A stretch of 63,059 nt of DNA, filler included, from Hausera hauseri (lineage: Eukaryota), in the NCBI GenBank assembly GCA_046269625.1. It is 13 parts of 13 records of this genome, joined end to end, with 100 filler letters (N's around TTAATTAATTAA, not from the genome) between each part and the next. Parts side by side here need not be neighbours in the genome. Positions count along the whole stretch, not along the records: positions 50,582 to 55,624 come from JBJURY010353042.1; positions 55,725 to 63,059 come from JBJURY010022007.1; 11 more parts are not named here. One strand, given 5' to 3'. Below the pieces are notes generated by a model, which had not been told where the DNA came from, searched no databases, and saw nothing but the letters and a program-made list of their open reading frames with translations. Position 1 is the stretch's first letter. Each line of letters begins with the position of its first letter. Below, one piece after another: positions 50,900 to 63,059 of the stretch. The translations under genes were made by a program, and so were the position numbers.

Positions 50900-52333
50900 A
50901 TGGAGTTACATTATTTTGCGATAAACGTTGAAACCAATTACGTCAGAAGCGTATCTAATAATTATATTATCTTGCAATTGGTGCATAGAAAAATGGGCAA
51001 ACAGATTTTCATGCACCAACAAAAGTGGGTAAAATATTATAAACATTTGTTCTGGCTTGATGGTTATAAAGGAAAACCCAACAAAGACATGAAAGCTTTT
51101 TACACCGCTTAGAATCCTGAGAAGTTGTTTACTGGAATCCAAACCGGTTATTACATAGTGGTATTGCATTAGACTTAATACGGATTGGTATCTGAAGAAC
51201 ACTTCCCAATCTAATAATTCACTTCATTCGCAATATGCGTCTACATATTTATGTGATGAAATGGTTGAATTATGGCACATTGCTGTTTTGGTTTTTCTTT
51301 TGTCAACGTGTAAATTTCAAATTCAAGACGTTTACAAGCTAACATTTCTATACAAAGTCAGAATACCTTCTATGAATTCATGGAAGAAATTAAATCTCTT
51401 CATCAAGATGAGGTCAAAACAGCTGTTTTTTGTCTCGATAAGCCGTCAAACAGAAATCCTTTTAATTTCCCCAATACTAGTTTTCCTAGGCATGCAACAA
51501 ATGGAATGGCAAATAATGTAAATAACGGTCAGGTATCTTTAGTATCTGAACAGCGCGACGACAGTATGTTGGTTTCAAGCCCGCTATTGAAACGTGCAGC
51601 GTGCATATAAAATTTCAAAGTGTCAGAAGTTGATGTATCTGGTCCAAAACTTAGTTCTTCCGCATCTTTTCACAGTTCCATGAAATCGTCTGAACCAGAA
51701 TTATTTGAACATGATTCAAACGCCAACGATGATCAAACCATATTTAGAGGTGATGTTAATCCAAGTATGTGTTGAATCAACATTTACAGAAAATTTCGAA
51801 ATTAAATATGCTAACCACTCAGATATTCATTTATTATCCAATCTTATTTTGACGACTTTAAGAAAGAATTTGAATGTAACGAACTGAAATACATACAATA
51901 CGAGTCTTTATATTATTATGGATATTCAAACGAAAGTGCACAATTGGCTAACATTTTAGCTGAAGATCTATTACATAAAAAGGATATCATTTTCGATGAA
52001 TTGCACAATGCTGCTCGTTTGTGTTTCATAGATAACCATCAAAAGTTCAACGAAATTAGTAATTTAAATCAAAACTCCGTTCAACAAATTCAATCAAACA
52101 ATAGTAACAAAAGTCATCCTTTATGTATCGCAACAGGTTTTCGAAAGTATCGAAGCTTTAATTTAAATAGCGATTTGTTAATAAATTCGAGCAGCTTTTA
52201 TGAGTTGTCAAATGATTATTTAGAAGTGGATCAAGCTTATGAAGCTAAAATATTATTGAATAGAATGCAATTTTTAATTTACTGTTTGGTCAATGAAAAC
52301 GAAAGACATGTCCAGAATTCCACTTCCCCATAA
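50900..52333 (+). pseudogene. Fragmented unidentified coding remnant
   Basis: Chain of co-oriented short ORFs broken by stops and frameshifts; no family recognised. Confidence 0.3.
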
Positions 52334-52829
52334 GTGTTTTATTTCCAACAAGGCACGATTGATCGAAGTACCCTTTCATTTATTGATGTCTGTTACTTTT
52401 ATTGTCATCGGTGTTTTACGGCACAGAAACCGTATTCACCCTGTTTTTCATAGTCAACGGCCCATTTGATATCTTAACCAATGAAAGGGCCATATATATA
52501 TATATAGCATCATGCTATATAAAGTAAAATTAATATATATTGATTCAAGGAATTCCTGGTGTTTTAACAGAAAATTTAATTAAGAAATTACAGCAGTTTT
52601 TCAATTTTGTCAACAATATTGCCATTTTTTTATTTCGAATAAAATTATTGTTTACTACTGAAGTGGATTTTACTTGTTTCCTTGCAATATACCGAATTTT
52701 CAAAACTGATCATGAAATTGGTGCTGACGACGTTTAATGGAAAGAATCCGACGCATCCACTAATGCCGGTCATTAATTTGAAACATGTCAAATTTATTTT
52801 GTATCAGGATCTACTTAGAATAATACCGG

Positions 52830-53900
52830 CTATCCACACAACAATTTACACTATTAGTTATACAAAATTAGTTAGACGGTCAATACCCGTCGAGACGCAT
52901 TTGTTACTCAGCCTATCCTGTACGTTTATCGGTTTTGGTTCAGCTATGTAATATCGCACTTTCCTCTGCTTAGCTGCGCAAACTTCACAAGCGCTTACTC
53001 AATTCTTTACATCAATATAAATACTAGACCAGTAATATGTATTTAATATTCTTTCGAACATCTTTTTCCAAGACGTGTGTCCCGCTAAATATTAATCGTG
53101 TTCGACCATCAGTAATTCTGTTCGCAATCCTTTTGAAATAATTACCAACTTTCATCCTCTTTTTCGCAGCATACAACGTTTTCGTGACTCTCGTCACCTG
53201 ATACGCAGTATTTATGACCTCGTCTTTTCAAATGTTTTTGTAAGTGGTAGCCGTTCGGTACAATATCTTTTTCGGCAAATTCAATAACTTGTTGGAAAAC
53301 TTTATCTTTTTTCTGTTCGATCAAAATCTTGATTACTTTGTCTAACATTAAGGCTTGTTATTTGTCTACTAATTCTTCCAGTTGAGCTTTCCTCATTGCA
53401 TTGATTGCACTTATTTTAGTTTTTAGACTTGATAATGTGTCAGCATCAACATATTTGTTGCTGGGTTTGTTCTGGATTTTAGTATTGTATAGCAAGATTT
53501 CCTCAATCCATCTGTTGAGTCTACATGTTGGATTATTTGCTCACCTATTTTAGGGTTGTAAACTCTTTATGATCTGTAACAATTATGATTTTCTCTCTGC
53601 AAACATAAACGTTAGTGTCGTAGAGCTTCTTTTACGGTTAACATATCTGAGATTTTCCATTGTTTCCACGCTGTGTCCCTTTATAGTATTTTTTCATTAT
53701 TTGTTAATGTTTGTTCATTTGTGTATACATTTCAGTAATAGGTGAATATTGGAAGTGGTTTCGAAATCATGAATTCTATCAAAATTCGAAGTCGTTATTT
53801 ATATATGAAGGATGGGGTGGGGTTATTGAACAAGTACTATAACGTGACCAATTTCCTTTAATTGTGTCAATGTTTCTGTCTCTTTAAATAATTTTCGCAA
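52830..53900 (-). mobile_element. Highly degenerate Gypsy pol remnant (end of RT, RNase H, start of integrase)
   Basis: Minus-strand IGHVI, VTDHK, RLNRWIEE, VDADTLS and an integrase Zn-finger-like segment. Confidence 0.6.
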
Positions 53901-54699
53901 ATTTTTATCGATATTTTTCTGAGTAATATTATGTCTTAGACTAAATTCTGATAAGACCTTACTCGTTTCCATTTGCACCTTAGTAACTCACAGGAGAATC
54001 TCGACAGCTCATTTTATCTCTTGCGATAGTGACACTATTTAGAACTCGAGCATCCTTCTAACAGCTGAGTTCCTCTTTCTCCAGGCAGAATGTTTATCTG
54101 TCTTCAGTTAGGTCTGACATTCTCGGTATAAATGTGAGTCTCGAAAAAGTACGTCGATTGACGAATTGTCTGTGACGAATTCTTGTCATTCATTCGTTTT
54201 CTGTCTCATTAAATTGGGAATTCAACAATATATGATATTTGAGAATCTCGGGAATATGTGGTGCAATGAAGGAAATTATAGTATCACAGAGGATCCTTCT
54301 TGCTACGTAGAATTCATACTGGAAAAGGATTCGAGGAAGACGGTGACGACATGTGTAAGAATTGGACTTAGGTCATCGTGCTGCAGGGAGTTTAGGAGGT
54401 TAAAACACTTCCCCCATGGAATCTTCTTTAAAAAAATTATAGTATCTATGGGCTAATTAATTTTATTTTGTTGATGTTTAGTCTTCTACATTTTTGTACT
54501 TTTCGTAGACAATTAAACTTAAATAATTTTGATATTTACAAAAATGTCATAATGGGAACCACATATGTAAGAAGTGCCGTAAACAGAAACTATGTGGAGA
54601 ACCACATATGTAAGAAGCTTTCGTTATTCCAAAACAAATATTATCTTAAACCCCTTGGGAAAATCACGGGAACGCCACTATGCTTTACCACTTCGAGAA

Positions 54700-55356
54700 A
54701 GGTTAGAATGAAACACAGTCATTTCGCTATCTCAACCAACTTTTTGTCAAAGGAAAACTGAAGTTGAATGATTGTTCAAGAAGTTCAAATCGGGCTATAC
54801 AAACGTCGCAGATGAAGAAGGACAAACAGATATCGACGACCATGAACTTCTGGCAGCCGTCGAAGTTTATTGTTGACCGAAGACTTCCATTTGGACCATT
54901 TGACAATTGTTCGTCGTCTCAAAAAGCTCGGAAAAGTATGGAAATTGGTTGGATGCCCCCTACGAATTCTCCAATAACAATAAAGCCGAACGTATCCCAA
55001 TTTTCACCGATTTGCTGTAGCGAAACGGGGATGAATTGTGGCTTCTGTTCAAAAACATCAAAAGAAATAAGGTTTGCGTTTCACCAGGTGTCTCACCCAA
55101 AGGAATACCGAAGGAAGGCGCCTACGTACCTTTACGTCAATCGAGCGCTGAAAAATTAGCTCGCGAACAAAGTTTATGACGACTTGGATGAACTTGGAAT
55201 CGACCGGCTGCCAAGCAAATGGGTAACAGTAATTGAAGTAGATAGTGAATATGCTCTAGAATAATCATTTAAAGATGTTTTTATTAAATGTTGTTATTGT
55301 TTTTGTTGAATAACATTTGTTGAAAAAAGCAGCAATAATTAAGAACCAACCAAATA
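54700..55356 (+). mobile_element. Internally deleted mariner transposon remnant with right TIR
   Basis: FKKFKSG...DEE, TIVRRLKKLG and GIDRLPSKWVTVIEVDSEY (mariner C-terminus). Right TIR GCAATAATTAAGAACCAACCAAATA at 55332-55356 followed by TA. Left TIR not found. Confidence 0.75.
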
Positions 55357-56949
55357 TATGCAATAAATGGCACCGATCAGCATCTAATTGTGATTTGCAT
55401 ATTGAATTTTTAATATCTTATTGTCTCATTGATCACTGTGGTACTATTAGAGATTCTAATTCTTTTTTGAAATACATAGTAATTTATGCTTTTGCTTATA
55501 GGGGTGGCTAATATTCTCAATTCCCTTCCATTGCATTTCTATATGTTTTCAGAATGTTTTCACCCGCACTTTGGGTAAGTTCTTTGAAGCTCATTGAAGG
55601 GTAGTTGTGCCTTTGCTGAATTACNNNNNNNNNNNNNNNNNNNNNNNNNNNNNNNNNNNNNNNNNNNNTTAATTAATTAANNNNNNNNNNNNNNNNNNNN
55701 NNNNNNNNNNNNNNNNNNNNNNNNTTGGAAAATATTTTTGTTCAACGTTATTGAAATTGCACATAATTTCGAATTTCATATTGAATCTAGTAAAACAAAG
55801 TTGTAAATTTGTTTGTGTATGCAAATTTTCGTATTTGTGTTGTAAATCACTTATAAAGGACGTTCCGTAATGTTAATTAAATTATTTGGATACAGAAACA
55901 AATTTACCACTTTGTTTTACTTGTTTCAATATCAAACTCGAAATAATGTGCAATTCTTGTACATTGAAGTAAGAAAACTTTTCGTACGTAAAAAGTTTGT
56001 GCAAAATTGCATGTAATATCTGACCTTAATGTTTCTTAAATAAAAACACTGTAATTTTGTGTATTTCTTGGTTTTATATTGGGAAATTACTTATGCAAGA
56101 AGTGCAAAAATAATTAATCAGAACTCAGAAATTTACGGATTTACTCAAAAATAATTTGCATATTTGAATTACATTACTATACAGATTTTCATCAAAATGT
56201 TTGTATATAAGTGAGCGCTGTATTCGCTATTTCGTTCCATTGATTGCTGTTGCTGTTTGGGTCAAATATGCAACACGATACAGTTCAAAAGAAATTCCTT
56301 TTGTGTAGGACCAAACCTAACTAGCTACTAGTTAAATGTTTCCTCCAGATTCAAAACAATTTACATAACCATTCCAACAGCTTACCCAAACGAAATCGTT
56401 GATCAATTCTAACCTCTTAAATTTACTTTCTATTCATTTAAAATCTGACTATTACAATCCTAACGACTGTTCAAATGTAGATTCCTTTAAACTATTATCT
56501 AGTGTCAAAATTGCTGTGAGAATCGTAGTCTCGCATATTCTGATATTGGCAATTCACTCAGAGTACAATCCAGGGCACAAATTTTTAGCTCGACAAAACA
56601 ACAACGTTACACTAACAAAGGAACACAATTTTCCTAAAATTTGTAATTGGCTGAGGTATTTCTTAAATAAGCATCGTTAATTTGTTGATATGTTGGAGAA
56701 ACTGCACAAGTGTAAAGTAGAGGAAAAATGGGCATTCGAGCACACCACCCGTGGGGTCTGCACATGTTCAAAATCAATAATGCACTGTGCTAATCGATAG
56801 TGTTCCTGGTGCACTATCGATCGGTAGATGTGCATAACAACCATGCCATTCGGTACCGTTGCCAAGGCACTTTTGCACTTTTTACTTAAATCGATCGAGA
56901 CAAAGTGCTAGTCGATAGAGCTCATCGAGGCACATCGACTAGTGCACAG

Positions 56950-57700
56950 TGCAAGTGTGCAGCACATGTACAAGTGGGTGCAAATCAATAATAATGGTTT
57001 TCCGATAATTCCAATATTGATGATATGAGTTACGTATTAGTGTAGTTCGCTTGCAAACACGATGCTCTATGCAACTGTGCAAAAAGAATTTAAATCGATC
57101 GGATCGATTTCGAATAACTAAGGTTTCAATTGCAAGTGTGCTCGAATTCCCATAGGGTCTACAAGCAAGAGGAAGCAAAAATCGAAAATTCTGAGAGTGT
57201 AGAGGGATAGGAGCCCCTATGTGATAATCCCTGACCCCCATCTCGGAATTTCAATATTCGATTCACAAGTCGGGTAGATGTCGAATTTCACCGAATATTA
57301 TCGAATAACTTTGCAACTATCATGCAATAGATAAATCTGAAAGCGTCATTCGGTTTCCCATGTGTGATTACATCTATGTAGCACTTTGCACATATGTAGC
57401 GCATGGACAAGTGTGCTTTATTCAATGATAATGGTTTTCCGATAAAATCTTTAAAGTTGATTTTAGCACACAAGGAAGGTGAAATAAAAAAATGTGAAAG
57501 CGTAGACAGATAGGAACCCACATGTGACGAAACTGAATATGTAATCAAATATTCTAAATTGGTTAGCAACCGAATATATCGAATATGTTCGAATAATTTT
57601 TCAGCGCAGCAAAAATCGAAAAATATAAAAGCGTAGAGGGATAGAAACCCATGTATGCGGAATCGGAATATAACATCAGATGATCGAAAATGTACTAAAA
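56950..57700. repeat. Dispersed imperfect subrepeats
   Basis: ATAATGGTTTTCCGATAA at ~56991 and ~57428; GTAGA..GATAG.A.CCC at ~57199, ~57502 and ~57633. Confidence 0.5.
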
Positions 57701-58594
57701 TGAAAAAGCCGATTTTTTGTTCGAAAATCGATAATCTGATTTTACCGCCGGATTCAGCGTGTCTTAAAACCTTTATGGTCCAAATATTGGGTCTATATAG
57801 ATTTTGGTGTCGAAGATTAGCAAGAAAAGTGCAATTCGAACTCAAAGTTTCAAAGAATCCACCATATAAAAACATAATTAAAGCAGTTTAATAAAACAAA
57901 ACCACAGTTATACATAACCCGCCATTTACCCTACCCAATGCATACATAAAAAGCAACATAACATTTGTTTTAACGCATCAAAACTAAAAAAAGTTCACTG
58001 AAAATAATATAAAAATACAAAGTGCACGCCTCTGATGTGCTACATAAATCGGTGCAGTAAAACAAAACACAGATGGACTCAGCCAACCTTGAAGTATGAA
58101 AATGCTTATATAATAGAATTTGTTTAAATTAAATAATACCTAGGGACCTAACTGTAGTGTGCGACAACCACAAATTCAAAATCAATTTCGAAATTGTAAG
58201 TTTTTATTTGTATGATGCTGCAATAAAGTTATTTTTAGACTTGCAACCACTGTAAAAATAAGAATTAAAAATGACAAATTTACGTCAAAAATGGTAGGTA
58301 TTTTTGTATTTTTATTATGGTACTTTAATTGTCTTTGTAGGCCTGTAACCTGTACAAAATTTGCATGGCACAGAATCATGCAAATGGACATATCTGCCAC
58401 AATTCAATGCTGTCCTATTATGGATATGTATTCAACAAAATCCTGTTTTTCATATGCCCAACGTGAAAAGATATTTGCACCACCAGTTACATGGACTTCT
58501 ACGACGTTCATAAACAGCATTTGGATGTGTTTACAAAGGAGAAAAGGAAAATTTTAAAAAGAAACTGATAATTCAGGGTTCATTAACAAATAAA

Positions 58595-61500
58595 TGCAAT
58601 ATGTATGCATATTGCATATCAACAGAGCTCAGACCGGATACACGTCATCCAATGATGCAAAATTATTACGGGTACATGTTCAATCGCATACGGTTTTTCA
58701 TATGTTGAGAATGTGAGAAAGTATGTAGCATATCTGAATACATGGACTTTTATGAAGCACATAATGCTGATTTATGTGACTTCTGGTCAAAATCCAAAAG
58801 GCCATTTTCAGTCAGAAGATGGATGCCGCACAACCAGTCCAGAAGGCGCAACAAGTTCAGGCTTCAACATCAGTTCAGCGCACTGAATCTCCAGTGCAGC
58901 ACGCTGGATTCGTGGCGTAGCGCGGTGGATCAAAATGAGGCATAGTGGCAGCAATTAATGACCCGCAAAAAGGCAGAGACAGCGAGCAATTTATGCCCCT
59001 GCTTTGAAGAGGAAATTCCGGAGATATAGCATTCCAGCAACGGGGCAAACAACACTCTACGAGTTTCTGGAGTATTCAAAGGAAGAAACCATTAAAATTG
59101 TGCAGAACTTGGCGGAGATGCACGCCCTTAAAGTTAATATCAAACTGGAGGTGACGTTCACCAATACCGATGGCGAGGAAGCAAATATGGCCTTAAAAAC
59201 GAAGAATAGACCCGTATTGCAAGCCACTAATATTTAGGACTGGATCAGTGAAGAATGCATGAAGCTGATCCATGAAGCGGAGGAAAGCCAGAAGAGCAGC
59301 TGGACCCTGGCAACAATCAAAGGACTACTTGTGTTTGTGCACAAGTATTCCGCAATGAGAGGCAGCTCCTACATTCCGCTTCCAGAATGGATTGCGCGGA
59401 AAGAAGCATGCGTCAATGCGAAAAACAGTGACAACATGTGCTTCAAGTACGCGATTTTCGGAAAATTCCTGAGATGAAAAGAAATCTTTCCGTGTAGCAC
59501 CATATACCAACATCCAGCACAATTACGACTTCGAATGCATCAAATATCCACCACACTTAGATAATACCGAAAAGTTTGCTCGGATTAATCAAATGTCCAT
59601 CAAAATCTTTGGAGTGGATGATGCAGATAAAATATTTCCTTCACAGATGTGCAAAACGGAGATGGATGATCACAGGGACTTGCTGCTACTAGACGATGGT
59701 GAAACGAAGCATTTTATTTCGATAAAACATTTTGCGAGACTAATCAAATCGAGATATGCAAGCGATGCCTGCCTCATTTCAGTGACGAATATGCATGGGA
59801 GAAGCACAAACTCTATTGCAATAATAACTATTGCATGAGGGTGGAGTTCCCCAAGGAGGATTACCTCAAATTTAAGGAATTCGAGAAGCAGCTCAAGATG
59901 CCAGTTGTTATATACTGTGACTTTGAAGCTATCCTCAGATCAATCCAGAGTTGCAGCCCAAATGCTCAGAGAAGCGGCACTACAGTATATCAGTATCATG
60001 AGCTGCCATCCTATTGCATGTATGCAAAAAGGCTGGATAAGGAGCCATTCTTGTATACGGGTTCAGATGCAGCACTCCATTTCATGAAACGGCTAGATGT
60101 GAAACACAAGTAAGATCAAAGGCAGCAGCATAAGAATGATATGGTTATGAGAACCAAAGAAAAACGTAAATGGCGCCAGGCAACATGTTACATGTGCAAA
60201 CAGACATTCACTATGGAAAATCACAAAGTTCGGGATCATTGCCAAACGAATGGCATGTATCGCGGCACAGTGCAATAGTTGCAATTTACGCTGCAGGGCA
60301 GTTTCATATGTACTTGTCATATTCCACAACCTCATTGGTTATGACTCCTATTTCATAGTCGGTGTACTTGGCAATATCCCTGGGAATATCGATGTAATAC
60401 CCCACAGTGAAGACAAATATATCAGCTTCACAAAGTATGTGGGACGTACAAGCTACGATTCATCGACAGCTTCCGCTTCATGCCGTCATCGCTGGACAGT
60501 CTCGTCAAGAAACTTCCATCGGACAAACTCAAGGAGACGATGTTTTTTCCTAAAACCTTTAACTTTGTCAAGAGGAAGGGAGGGTTACCATATGACTACG
60601 TAACGTCATGAGAATCACTGGATAAAGAAGCATTACCTCCCAAGGATGGGCTTTTATAACCAGTTAACAGATAGCGATATCAGTGATGCTGACTACCAGC
60701 ATGCACTGAATATCTGGGAGGCATTCCAATGCACGACCATCGGGGAATACAGCGATATATACCTCAGGACAGATGTTCTGCTCACAGACGTGTTCGAGAG
60801 TTTCCGGGATGTCACGCTCAAGAGCCACAAGCTGAACCCGGCCCATTTCTTCACTGCCCCATGCATGAACTAAGCAGAAATCCTGAAATATTTAAAAATA
60901 AGGCTCCAGATCTTGAAGTACAATAACATGATCCTCATGCAGGAGCAAGGCATCAGAGGTGGAATCTGCAAGGCCATTCACCGGTATGGAGGCCAATAAT
61001 AAGTACATGGTAGACTATGATGATTCGAATGAATTATCATATATAGGATATCTGGATGGGCAATGAGTGCCCCATTGCCCTACAATAATTTTCAATGGGT
61101 GAAGCAGCCGGAGGAATTGGATATCAAGTCAATAGATCCCAATGGAGATACGGGATACATACTCGAGGTGGATGTGGAATACCCTCATAGTATCCACAAT
61201 AAACATGAGCAGTTGCCGTTTCTGCCGGAGACCGGTATTCCACCAAATTGGAAGCACAAGCTGCTGTGCCAACTCGGAAACCGGAAGAGAAATGTGGCCC
61301 ATTACATCAACCTCCAACAGGCTCTGAAGAATGAATTCCAAGTCACGAAGATCCATCGTGCCTTCTCCTTCAGCCAGTCCAAATGGCTGGAGCCATACAT
61401 TGCATTCAACACGCAGCTGAGAGCCAATGCCAAAAACGATTTTGAGAAAAATCAGTTCAAACTCTATAACAACTCAGTTTTTGGCAAAACGATGGAAAAT

Positions 61501-62213
61501 ATCCGAAAACGGATCAACATCGAATTTGTATGCGATTGGAAGCGGGAGAAGCAGTTGGTTGCCAAGCCCCACTTCCACAGCAGCATCATATATGGAGAGG
61601 ATCTAGTAAGCATACGTACGCTGAAGACCTGCTTGGAGTTCAACAAGCCCATATATGTTGGCATGACAATACTGGACCTGTCGAAAAAGCTGATGTATGA
61701 ATTCCATTACAACACAATGGTTCTGGCATTCAATGACCTCCAACTCATGTACATGGATACCGATAGTTTCGTCCATCAAATCCATGTAGTGGATCTATTT
61801 GAGGAATTCCACAAAATAGTTAATCATTTCGACACGTCTGATTAACCGAAGGACCATAAGAACTATTCAGTGGCAAATAAGGTCCTAGGAAAATTCAAGG
61901 ACGAAGTCAATGGCAGCATCATAAGATTCGTGGCGCTGCGACCAAAGATGATTCCATTAACTTTGGTGGACAGATTAAGAAGCTGGCCAAAAGAGTGCAA
62001 CGGGCAACACTGGCCAAGATTGGATTCGAGGATTGTATGTTGGTGCTTCGAGAACAATATCATATAATATCAGACATGAAGCGGATTCAGTTTCGTGAAC
62101 ACAAATTTCAATCAGTTGTGCTGCGGAAGAAAAGCCTCGATTGGTTCGATGATAAGAGGCAAATTCAACAAGATAGAATTCGAACTCGACCTCATGGACA
62201 TTATTTGTTGTAA
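58595..62213 (+). pseudogene. Near full-length Polinton pPolB with an endonuclease VII-like insert, disrupted
   Basis: RGSSYIPLP, VIYCDFE, CYMC...VRDHC...YRG...CNL, FHNLIGYD, TDVLL, IRGGIC, GYILEVDVEYP, K.YNNSVFGK, YMDTDS, GKFKDE, FDDKR. AATAAA at ~62263. Confidence 0.93.
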
Positions 62214-63059
62214 AATACTGTTGATAATGTTGTGTATATCTTTGTTATTGTAATGTTATGCAAATAAAGTTTTAAAATTTTTGAGTTTTTGATTAAGTAA
62301 TGTAAGGCAAATTAATAACTAAGTAATTAAGATAAGGCCAACTAATTTCATAACACATTTATTTCCCAGAAACATAACTTTATAAGCACAATGTAAACCG
62401 TGTTCACGATAAATACATGTAATGTTCTATGGTATAGATACCAATTTGCCACATTCACATGAACATTCGTAATTCTGGACGTGCTAGCAAATATGTTTCG
62501 CCAGCAGCATGACCATTGACATAGAACGTGGCCTCACGTACATCACAGTGTCAATGTCTCGCATGAGGAAATCTTTGCAAAACTGGGTATTATATTCTTC
62601 CCAACGTCAGTTTATGATGTTGCGTCAAATAGGCATTTGTTGCTTGTGCCTTGTTTGTGCAACAATTTATTGAAGGTCTAAAATGGCATATATTACATGC
62701 ATTATACTAAAAATTCAATTATGCATATACATAATGTAGAGGATTAAACATATTATCCACTGGCATTATACATAGCTCCTTTATAATGTATTCATTATAA
62801 TTATCCACAAATCCCTTCAAGTCAATAAACAAGACATTATTTCAACGAAACATTTATTAACACAACAACGTTTATAACAATTTTATACATTGGTGTCTAA
62901 GCCAGTCCACATAATAATTCCCACATAGAAATGTCAATGGATGTTGATACATAATGTCGTTGTATGTGACGGGTTGCTGCATACGTTCCAATTTCTTCAC
63001 CAATAATGGGTAATACATCCCAAGTGAATCAAACACTTGAATATTATCTTGTGATACAT

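Noticed and set aside
57288-57891. 195-aa and 78-aa ORFs upstream of pPolB
   Set aside because: They lie in AT-rich subrepeat DNA resembling a non-coding transposon end and show no protein motifs.
4762-62213. One complete Polinton assembled from contigs 2, 9 and 13
   Set aside because: The contigs are unlinked. No TIRs, ATPase or protease are seen, and the capsid module and polymerases may belong to different elements.

Overview
This window is not one locus. It is 13 short contigs joined by 100-nt N spacers carrying an artificial TTAATTAATTAA linker. The contigs are 1-4661, 4762-8758, 8859-12797, 12898-17807, 17908-22051, 22152-27442, 27543-32230, 32331-37892, 37993-42180, 42281-46353, 46454-50481, 50582-55624 and 55725-63059. 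The content is animal and apparently of mixed origin. Two contigs look teleost: one has a C2H2 zinc-finger exon and a YrdC-domain gene, the other an intact three-exon tyrosine-recombinase gene among GC-rich tandem repeats. Two contigs are repeat-rich and share a SINE-like family. The rest are AT-rich. One carries a SCAF4/8-like gene with ~50-nt introns; the others are dominated by decayed Ty3/Gypsy elements, Polinton/adintovirus fragments (integrase, two pentons, major capsid, two pPolB) and a mariner. The best candidate for a new system is a CsRN1-type Gypsy family whose Gag starts with a 76-aa ubiquitin-like domain ending in a di-glycine (IRLLGG). A diverged second copy ends ILICGG. Several contigs also show co-oriented, intronless host-gene fragments (PREP, lebercilin, POLA1, CSE1) joined to Gypsy or Polinton pieces. 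All protein identifications are by recalled motif similarity; no search was run.
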